Assembly: GCF_001194135.2 (NCBI RefSeq)
Contig: NC_069001.1
Coordinates: 28,331,523 to 28,391,256, forward strand
Length of the DNA: 59,734 nt
From: Octopus bimaculoides
Lineage: Eukaryota
Direction: 5' to 3'
Below, in pieces: positions 49,992 through 59,734 of the stretch (position 1 is the first letter of the stretch; each line of letters starts with the position of its first letter). The notes under the pieces are model-generated. The model searched no databases, had not been told where the DNA came from, and saw nothing but the letters and a program-made list of their open reading frames with translations. A program made the translations under genes and the position numbers.

Positions 49992-50667
49992 ACGTGAAGA
50001 ATTTTCTTTTAGCACTCTGTCATAGTGAGATGTAAACCATGTGTTGCCTTACCCACGATGGCTTACACAAACTAAACTCCTATGAGTTTGTTAATTGCGT
50101 TATCTGTCTTCATCTCTCACTACAAATGTTGTCCAAAGTCAGGATTGGCGAGTATGCCTGGCCTACTAGCAAAGGAGAGGTTTGTTATGATCTTTTTACT
50201 AAAGAAAAGAAGTGTTCTTTAATGTGTAGGACACGTATATGGAAGTTGCATAGCTTAGGGTAGAAAAAATCAGAATAAACAAAGTGAATATTTCTTTTCA
50301 GCATCAGTATTTCTTCTGACATCAGCTGATCGAGTGCAGGTTTCACCCAGTTTTATACAGATGCTTTAAGTTAGTTCTTTAACCTTTTATTTTTCACTCC
50401 TCAGTTCGTACATTTCAAGCAAGTTGTCACAAACATATTGGATCTACAAGTGCTGCGGATATGTGCTGTTCAATTTTATTAACGTCTTCCTTTTAAAGCT
50501 TTATATCATCCAGTTATGATATTACTACATGAGCTGTTCCTTTAAAATACGAAAAGGTGTTCTATCTCGGTCTAACCGCAGGCTATATGCCACCACTATC
50601 CAACACTTTCAATAGTAGATGTTTATAATGTCACGTATACGATCAATCCATGAAAGATATTCTTTTA

Positions 50668-50932
50668 TTATTTTACTTGTTTCAGTCGTTTGACTGTGAC
50701 CTTGCTGGAGCACCGACTTTTTGTCAAAGAAATGGATCCCAGGACTTATTCTTTTTAAGCGTGGCTCTAATTCTATCGGTCTCTATTGCAGAAATGCTTA
50801 GTTAGGGGAACGTTAAAACACCAACATCATCGAAACCACTCAACTGGCTTTGGCCGGCCCGGACCCATATTAGAAGACACTTACCCAATGTGACACGCAA
50901 GGAGACTGAACCCCAAACCACTCAGCCCCGCC
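50668..50932 (-). mobile_element. SINE family A with internal deletion (no microsatellite)
   Basis: ttttacttgtttcagtcgtttgactgtgaccttgctggagcacc...ttctatcggtc...ccaacatc joined to tggctttggccggcccg...gactgaaccccaaacc. Confidence 0.8.
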
Positions 50933-52608
50933 TGCATCTATGGACAACAATTATCCGAAAGTTTTCGCCTTTTATATCTAGAAGTAAAACATCATGAACA
51001 CTATATTCAGTTGGAGGCATAAACAATAGTTACGGGAATTGGTCCCCCTTTTACCGATATGATTATGATAAGTGATTATAATAAGTGATTATATAAGGTC
51101 GGACAATTAATTTGAAATTTCCAGTGAAGCATACACTGCTTCATTAAAAGTATAGAATTGCTAGTAGAATCATTAACATATGTGAACAGAAAAAAAAACA
51201 GGAGGGACGATTGCAACAACATTCATTGCCAATATATTATGTTATTTGAATAATTACTGCTGTTTAAAGAACTTTGAAATAATAAGAATAACAACATATT
51301 AAAACAGCATCTATAAAGACTTATTTAAGCCCTTTACTTTCTTTATAGCATAGGTCATCGTCGAGTCTCCCCCACCTGCTCTCGACACTAGGATGACTTC
51401 CTCTCCCCTGTTGGTGTTGGATTGTCATTGATGCGTCTGTAACTTTATTTTGCTTCTAGGTAGGGATTTGGTGGTCTATGTTTGTCTAGACTCTAAGCTC
51501 TGTCCTTTTATTTGTCTTGTATGAGAGGCCTTACTAGGTGGTTGCGGTCCGTCTGCATAACTCTCACTGGGTGACTGAGGGAGTACACCGGAGAAAGGAC
51601 TGGCGAGAGTCGCTAGATCTTAAACACAAATCTTTTGAAGTGATAACTAACAGTATTAAATCCTTTGAGAATACGAGACAGAAATGGCGAGAGACATAGA
51701 GGCAGGGAGAGACAGGGTGAAAGAGAATGAGAGAGAAATGAATGAAATTGCCACAACATCTTTGTTCAGAATTATGTTTGAGAGAGACTAGACGTGGAGT
51801 AAAAATGTTATAAAGGAAAGAATATATATATATATATANNNNNNNNNNNNNNNNNNNNNNNNNNNNNNNNNNNNNNNNNNNNNNNNNNNNNNNNNNNNNN
51901 NNNNNNNNNNNNNNNNNNNNNNNNNNNNNNNNNNNNNNNNNNNNNNNNNNNNNNNNNNNNNNNNNNNNNNNNNNNNNNNNNNNNNNNNNNNNNNNNNNNN
52001 NNNNNNNNNNNNNNNNNNNNNNNNNNNNNNNNNNNNNNNNNNNNNNNNNNNNNNNNNNNNNNNNNNNNNNNNNNNNNNNNNNNNNNNNNNNNNNNNNNNN
52101 NNNNNNNNNNNNNNNNNNNNNNNNNNNNNNNNNNNNNNNNNNNNNNNNNNNNNNNNNNNNNNNNNNNNNNNNNNNNNNNNNNNNNNNNNNNNNNNNNNNN
52201 NNNNNNNNNNNNNNNNNNNNNNNNNNNNNNNNNNNNNNNNNNNNNNNNNNNNNNNNNNNNNNNNNNNNNNNNNNNNNNNNNNNNNNNNNNNNNNNNNNNN
52301 NNNNNNNNNNNNNNNNNNNNNNNNNNNNNNNNNNNNNNNNNNNNNNNNNNNNNNNNNNNNNNNNNNNNNNNNNNNNNNNNNNNNNNNNNNNNNNNNNNNN
52401 NNNNNNNNNNNNNNNNNNNNNNNNNNNNNNNNNNNNNNNNNNNNNNNNNNNNNNNNNNNNNNNNNNNNNNNNNNNNNNNNNNNNNNNNNNNNNNNNNNNN
52501 NNNNNNNNNNNNNNNNNNNNNNNNNNNNNNNNNNNNNNNNNNNNNNNNNNNNNNNNNNNNNNNNNNNNNNNNNNNNNNNNNNNNNNNNNNNNNNNNNNNN
52601 NNNNNNNN

Positions 52609-52653
<45 letters not shown>

Positions 52654-54821
52654 TGAAACAGATAGGCTTACGCGTTGGAAAGAAAGTGAGCGTGTTTGTG
52701 CATACATGCAATGTTAAATAATAGCAGAAAGGCAAGAATAAATGATAGACAATAGACCCGGAAGCAAATACCACACACGCTTTAGCAAAATATGTGACAA
52801 CCATACGTTTCTGCTCTTGATACTCTTTGACTTATAATGTATTTCGTGCACATTCGATATTTTCCCGTTCTCAAATTCATCATTCCTTTTTTACGCACAC
52901 ATACACACACACACACATTTATACACATACGTATATATACACAAATATATATAATGAAATACTGAAAGCAGCATGAAACCGATACGAAGATAGCACTTAA
53001 AATATGAATATTGTAAGATTCATACATGAAATTGCACGCTTTTACAGCTACTAAATTTACGTACACATTACGTAACAAAAATATTCGGCCTGAAATTTTA
53101 AAGAATAACAGATGTAAACGAAAATATGAGCGAACAAAAATCACGTTTAACGAACATATTCGTGGGAATGATACAATGTTATTTATATATATGTGAATAT
53201 ATTCGGTTGCAAATTTACCGAACGTACACAAAATTTAATTACATCTTGTTTTGCAAAGAATTTACGCTTGTGTCTTGGTGATTGTCTTTTATTCTCTATG
53301 TTCTTGTTTTAGTAATATATTATATTGTTATTCTGTGAATCTGTGCTTGCTGTATATTATTTTTGTTGTTGTTTGTTTTGAAGTAATTTTACGTAATATC
53401 TGCTCTAAAATTTAGAACATACATTGATCTAAAGATTATGAAATCTGTCAGTAAGTATCTGAAGATTTTAATAAAATCACAGAGGCAACATACCCTTTAT
53501 GAATAGACGTAATTACTATACATACACACACATTGGCGGACGCGCAAATAACACACCCTCCACCAACACGCGGAAAAAATGGATATCGAAAAATGCAGAC
53601 AAACAACATATAAATTCAGACACGCAGAAACACAATCTGATAATTTAATACACAAACGCATTCAAATACAGCCATATATATNNNNNNNNNNNNNNNNNNN
53701 NNNNNNNNNNNNNNNNNNNNNNNNNNNNNNNNNNNNNNNNNNNNNNNNNNNNNNNNNNNNNNNNNNNNNNNNNNNNNNNNNNNNNNNNNNNNNNNNNNNN
53801 NNNNNNNNNNNNNNNNNNNNNNNNNNNNNNNNNNNNNNNNNNNNNNNNNNNNNNNNNNNNNNNNNNNNNNNNNNNNNNNNNNNNNNNNNNNNNNNNNNNN
53901 NNNNNNNNNNNNNNNNNNNNNNNNNNNNNNNNNNNNNNNNNNNNNNNNNNNNNNNNNNNNNNNNNNNNNNNNNNNNNNNNNNNNNNNNNNNNNNNNNNNN
54001 NNNNNNNNNNNNNNNNNNNNNNNNNNNNNNNNNNNNNNNNNNNNNNNNNNNNNNNNNNNNNNNNNNNNNNNNNNNNNNNNNNNNNNNNNNNNNNNNNNNN
54101 NNNNNNNNNNNNNNNNNNNNNNNNNNNNNNNNNNNNNNNNNNNNNNNNNNNNNNNNNNNNNNNNNNNNNNNNNNNNNNNNNNNNNNNNNNNNNNNNNNNN
54201 NNNNNNNNNNNNNNNNNNNNNNNNNNNNNNNNNNNNNNNNNNNNNNNNNNNNNNNNNNNNNNNNNNNNNNNNNNNNNNNNNNNNNNNNNNNNNNNNNNNN
54301 NNNNNNNNNNNNNNNNNNNNNNNNNNNNNNNNNNNNNNNNNNNNNNNNNNNNNNNNNNNNNNNNNNNNNNNNNNNNNNNNNNNNNNNNNNNNNNNNNNNN
54401 NNNNNNNNNNNNNNNNNNNNNNNNNNNNNNNNNNNNNNNNNNNNNNNNNNNNNNNNNNNNNNNNNNNNNNNNNNNNNNNNNNNNNNNNNNNNNNNNNNNN
54501 NNNNNNNNNNNNNNNNNNNNNNNNNNNNNNNNNNNNNNNNNNNNNNNNNNNNNNNNNNNNNNNNNNNNNNNNNNNNNNNNNNNNNNNNNNNNNNNNNNNN
54601 NNNNNNNNNNNNNNNNNNNNNNNNNNNNNNNNNNNNNNNNNNNATATATATATATGTATAATATATATACATACACCCCCACACACACACATATATATGT
54701 ATAATATATATACATCCACACATATATATGCATATACATATATAGTTCATAGATAAATATATAGATATATGTATATACAAACAAAAATATATATCCATAA
54801 ACAAGCAGACGCAAGCACACC

Positions 54822-54872
<51 letters not shown>

Positions 54873-55017
54873 CTGTATATGTATGTATATATGTGTGTGT
54901 ATGTATAATCAAAATAACCAACAGGATAACAAGTAGTGTTGCAGTACAACCGTTTCAAGCGACTCCATTTAATTGAACAATGCAATCATTACGTCAATGC
55001 AGTGCCATCTTCAGCTG

Positions 55018-55075
55018 TACAATTAAACACATCAGAGATGTCCTATTATGGACATCTCTGATGTGTTTAAATGTA
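55018..55075. repeat. 58-nt near-perfect hairpin
   Basis: tacaattaaacacatcagagatgtcc-tattat-ggacatctctgatgtgtttaaatgta: 26-bp stem with one mismatch. Confidence 0.95.
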
Positions 55076-55436
55076 TATTGCATTTTAAATAAATATTTAT
55101 ATATATTTAGACACTAAGAGAGAGAACTTAATATTATTGCATAACGTTTAAAAAGTGAATATTGTAAGTGTATTCCAGGGTTTCATTAAACTACTATTTA
55201 TTTATTGTACATCGAAAAGAATGAAATCTCTATAGGAACAACTGGAAGTGAAAATTATTTAGAATTTTAAAACAAACCGACCATTAAAAAAAAAAAATGT
55301 GCATGAGCACACGAATGATAAGCAGAATTATCAATCGATAATAGCACAAAACTGGTGCCCGCTTGGATAACAACGTAAACAAAAAGCAAAAAAAAAATAT
55401 TTTAGAAAAATGTTATAAACAGTTCTCTTTCTCTCT

Positions 55437-55476
<40 letters not shown>

Positions 55477-56106
55477 NNNNNNNNNNNNNNNNNNNNNNNN
55501 NNNNNNNNNNNNNNNNNNNNNNNNNNNNNNNNNNNNNNNNNNNNNNNNNNNNNNNNNNNNNNNNNNNNNNNNNNNNNNNNNNNNNNNNNNNNNNNNNNNN
55601 NNNNNNNNNNNNNNNNNNNNNNNNNNNNNNNNNNNNNNNNNNNNNNNNNNNNNNNNNNNNNNNNNNNNNNNNNNNNNNNNNNNNNNNNNNNNNNNNNNNN
55701 NNNNNNNNNNNNNNNNNNNNNNNNNNNNNNNNNNNNNNNNNNNNNNNNNNNNNNNNNNNNNNNNNNNNNNNNNNNNNNNNNNNNNNNNNNNNNNNNNNNN
55801 NNNNNNNNNNNNNNNNNNNNNNNNNNNNNNNNNNNNNNNNNNNNNNNNNNNNNNNNNNNNNNNNNNNNNNNNNNNNNNNNNNNNNNNNNNNNNNNNNNNN
55901 NNNNNNNNNNNNNNNNNNNNNNNNNNNNNNNNNNNNNNNNNNNNNNNNNNNNNNNNNNNNNNNNNNNNNNNNNNNNNNNNNNNNNNNNNNNNNNNNNNNN
56001 NNNNNNNNNNNNNNNNNNNNNNNNNNNNNNNNNNNNNNNNNNNNNNNNNNNNNNNNNNNNNNNNNNNNNNNNNNNNNNNNNNNNNNNNNNNNNNNNNNNN
56101 NNNNNN

Positions 56107-56145
<39 letters not shown>

Positions 56146-56295
56146 CATACATGCATAATTAAATACGTGTGTGTGTATGAATTATTATATGCATGCATGC
56201 ATGTATTACATATCGCGTGAACGTGGAAGATTTTCTATTTTAATGGTTGTATATTTGTATATGTAATGACTACTTATATTAATTCATATTTAAAA

Positions 56296-56334
56296 TTTTC
56301 TCTTCCTTGTCTTTTCTTATCATTTTAGGTAAGT
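56296..56334 (+). promoter_or_regulatory. Candidate recursive splice site (juxtaposed 3'SS/5'SS)
   Basis: ttttctcttccttgtcttttcttatcattttAG|GTAAGT: long polypyrimidine tract, AG at 56327-56328, consensus donor from 56329. Confidence 0.45.
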
Positions 56335-56549
56335 CCAGATTCATTGTTCAATGCTTAAATTTCACTGTTTGCATACACACGAGTCTTTCCTGACTAATTG
56401 TACAGTGATAACGAATGAATATTGTGAGTAACATATATTTATATAATACTTAACTTTGGAGGTCAGATTCAGAATGACAATTCAGTAACAATCATTCACA
56501 TTATTTTTCCATTTCCCATAATTCCCTTCTGATTCATATTCACATGCAT

Positions 56550-56582
<33 letters not shown>

Positions 56583-58312
56583 NNNNNNNNNNNNNNNNNN
56601 NNNNNNNNNNNNNNNNNNNNNNNNNNNNNNNNNNNNNNNNNNNNNNNNNNNNNNNNNNNNNNNNNNNNNNNNNNNNNNNNNNNNNNNNNNNNNNNNNNNN
56701 NNNNNNNNNNNNNNNNNNNNNNNNNNNNNNNNNNNNNNNNNNNNNNNNNNNNNNNNNNNNNNNNNNNNNNNNNNNNNNNNNNNNNNNNNNNNNNNNNNNN
56801 NNNNNNNNNNNNNNNNNNNNNNNNNNNNNNNNNNNNNNNNNNNNNNNNNNNNNNNNNNNNNNNNNNNNNNNNNNNNNNNNNNNNNNNNNNNNNNNNNNNN
56901 NNNNNNNNNNNNNNNNNNNNNNNNNNNNNNNNNNNNNNNNNNNNNNNNNNNNNNNNNNNNNNNNNNNNNNNNNNNNNNNNNNNNNNNNNNNNNNNNNNNN
57001 NNNNNNNNNNNNNNNNNNNNNNNNNNNNNNNNNNNNNNNNNNNNNNNNNNNNNNNNNNNNNNNNNNNNNNNNNNNNNNNNNNNNNNNNNNNNNNNNNNNN
57101 NNNNNNNNNNNNNNNNNNNNNNNNNNNNNNNNNNNNNNNNNNNNNNNNNNNNNNNNNNNNNNNNNNNNNNNNNNNNNNNNNNNNNNNNNNNNNNNNNNNN
57201 NNNNNNNNNNNNNNNNNNNNNNNNNNNNNNNNNNNNNNNNNNNNNNNNNNNNNNNNNNNNNNNNNNNNNNNNNNNNNNNNNNNNNNNNNNNNNNNNNNNN
57301 NNNNNNNNNNNNNNNNNNNNNNNNNNNNNNNNNNNNNNNNNNNNNNNNNNNNNNNNNNNNNNNNNNNNNNNNNNNNNNNNNNNNNNNNNNNNATATATAT
57401 ATATATATAAATACTTATATATATATATATGTATATATATACACAGCAAATATATAGTTACATATATACATACACACATTAATATACATACACATATATG
57501 TATGTGTTTATATATGTTTATTTATATCATTCTATCAATGGATCTATATGTTTGTGCTTATGCGCCTACACACACACACACATACACACACACACATACA
57601 CACACACACACAGACATACACTCACCCACACAGACATACACTCACCCACATACACACATACACTTACCCACATGCACGCCCACACACATACACACACACA
57701 CAGTTATCATCTATATCGCAAAACATTGCAATTAACCGACTATATTTCGAGCTTAGCCTATACTTGCGCATTCAATCTATATTTTCTTGGTAGCACTGAT
57801 AACTCCATAGAAAGTCCAACAAGTCTTCAGCTTAAAGTTCGTAAAATCAATGAAACGTTGGTAGCAATTTCGAGTATTTCACAAATGCATGTCGTTTACA
57901 ACTACATTCTCTGAAACACACATTATAATACATAAAATTGACGGTATTTATGCATCAGACGAGTGGTAGTAAATTTAGTTGTAATTGAAATATATTTTAA
58001 TGCCATAACAGCAAAATACTGTTTGAAATGAATCTGCCACAGAATCAGTTTTAGGAAGGCTATATGAATAAATTTCATTTTTTTAAAATTCCATTTGGGC
58101 GAAGCAAGAATCTCACTGTATTCCGGTATATTGGAAATAAAATGCTCAAGACAATGAGGGTTAAACAAATTATTTCTTGGAAACAGTTCTGTCCGCAGGG
58201 TTTCTTCAGTTTAGGCGTTGCAATCGTGTTCGATATATAGCCATACACAATCCCATAGACACATACACACAGACGTGCACGCACACATACCCGCATATAG
58301 TTCATACAGTTG

Positions 58313-58356
<44 letters not shown>

Positions 58357-58959
58357 NNNNNNNNNNNNNNNNNNNNNNNNNNNNNNNNNNNNNNNNNNNN
58401 NNNNNNNNNNNNNNNNNNNNNNNNNNNNNNNNNNNNNNNNNNNNNNNNNNNNNNNNNNNNNNNNNNNNNNNNNNNNNNNNNNNNNNNNNNNNNNNNNNNN
58501 NNNNNNNNNNNNNNNNNNNNNNNNNNNNNNNNNNNNNNNNNNNNNNNNNNNNNNNNNNNNNNNNNNNNNNNNNNNNNNNNNNNNNNNNNNNNNNNNNNNN
58601 NNNNNNNNNNNNNNNNNNNNNNNNNNNNNNNNNNNNNNNNNNNNNNNNNNNNNNNNNNNNNNNNNNNNNNNNNNNNNNNNNNNNNNNNNNNNNNNNNNNN
58701 NNNNNNNNNNNNNNNNNNNNNNNNNNNNNNNNNNNNNNNNNNNNNNNNNNNNNNNNNNNNNNNNNNNNNNNNNNNNNNNNNNNNNNNNNNNNNNNNNNNN
58801 NNNNNNNNNNNNNNNNNNNNNNNNNNNNNNNNNNNNNNNNNNNNNNNNNNNNNNNNNNNNNNNNNNNNNNNNNNNNNNNNNNNNNNNNNNNNNNNNNNNN
58901 NNNNNNNNTATATATATATATATATATATGTATGTGCCTGTGTGTATGTATATGTTTGT

Positions 58960-59147
58960 GTGTGTGTACCCTCAACATCGCTTGACAACCGATGTTGGTG
59001 TGTTTACGTCCCCGTCAACTAGCTGGGCAAGAGAGGCCGATAGAATAAGTACTAGGCTTACAAAGAATAAGTCTTGGGGTCGATTTGCTCGACTAAAGTC
59101 GGTGCTCCAGCATGGGCGCAGTCGAATGACAAACAAATTAAAGAATA
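58960..59147 (+). mobile_element. SINE family A tail (head probably lost in the upstream gap)
   Basis: catcgcttgacaaccgatgttggtgtgtttacgtccccgt...ccgatagaataagtactaggc...ggtgctccagcatgggcgcagtcgaatgac...aaagaata. Confidence 0.88.
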
Positions 59148-59675
59148 CAATAGAATACTAACAGCTATCACAAGTTTGAGACGAGGTGTATTTAGAACTG
59201 AGGGCTTGTGCATCCTCCTAAGGCCTTCTACAATCGAAATATATATGTGTGTATGTCTGTGTGTATGTCTGTGTGTATGTAAATATGCATGTATATGTAT
59301 AATATTATTATTATTATTATTATTATCATCATAACTATTACCTTCATCATCACAATCAACATAATTATTACTATCCTTATTCTAGTAGTAGCCTTAGTAG
59401 TAGTCGTATAGAAGCAAATGTAGTAGTAGTAGTAGCAGCACGGCCACTGTTCTTGTCATCTCATAGCTTCTACTGCGCAGTGTGCAGCAAGAAAGAATTA
59501 CATTGTAAGTCATCGTAATGAAGTACAGCGTACAATTCAAAATCCAATTCTGCATGGCTTTAACTTAATATCGAATCATTCCACAAAAAATTCTTTGTTT
59601 AACTCACATTTTCAAGATGCAGGTGCCTACCTATACAGACACATTAGACTTGTGTGTGCGTATAAATATATACAT

Positions 59676-59734
<59 letters not shown>

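Larger units (their letters stand above)
1..59734. repeat. Pervasive (AT)n, (AC/GT)n and (AG/CT)n microsatellites and 15 assembly gaps (~7.9 kb N)
   Basis: Gaps at 2288-2892, 6581-7093, 11282-11453, 12153-13127, 16024-16123, 19043-19702, 34537-35012, 37791-37800, 45962-45998, 49283-49953, 51839-52608, 53682-54643, 55477-56106, 56583-57392 and 58357-58908. Most abut a dinucleotide run. Both window ends are (AT)n. Confidence 0.98.

Noticed and set aside
50050-50200. Minus-strand acceptor and gtaagg donor pair
   Set aside because: All three frames closed and no other support.
57590-57700. Short tandem units (cacagacatacactcaccca; also 18720, 30470, 31600-31700, 45840-45940, 47005, 51060)
   Set aside because: Local slippage products within microsatellite-rich DNA; no higher-order structure.
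2064-59161. All long ORFs containing X runs or YI/CV/HT/RE dipeptide repeats
   Set aside because: They are open only because of N-gaps or stop-free dinucleotide microsatellites.

Overview
AT-rich eukaryotic genomic DNA, most likely from a coleoid cephalopod and probably Octopus. That assignment is an inference from my recollection of the SINE families plus the extreme (AT)n/(AC)n/(TAGA)n and trinucleotide load; it was not checked against a database. About 7.9 kb (15 N-gaps) is missing, and most gaps abut dinucleotide microsatellites. I recognise no complete protein-coding gene, rRNA, true tRNA or CRISPR array. Most ORFs in the supplied track are artefacts of microsatellites or N-runs. Supportable content: (i) about 20 tRNA-derived SINE copies or fragments from at least three families; (ii) a Penelope-like GIY-YIG endonuclease remnant with an inverted partial copy; (iii) a decayed Tc1/mariner (maT/DD37D-like) transposase 3' end; (iv) a 565-bp TIR element with an 8-bp TSD and a telomeric-repeat core; (v) several fold-back hairpins; (vi) a tRNA-headed element ending in a degenerate minimal hammerhead ribozyme; (vii) unverified candidate exons on both strands. 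The best leads are a consensus-like zero-length-exon (recursive splicing) site at 56328/56329 and the hammerhead-bearing SINE. I did not find convincing evidence of a new multi-gene system.
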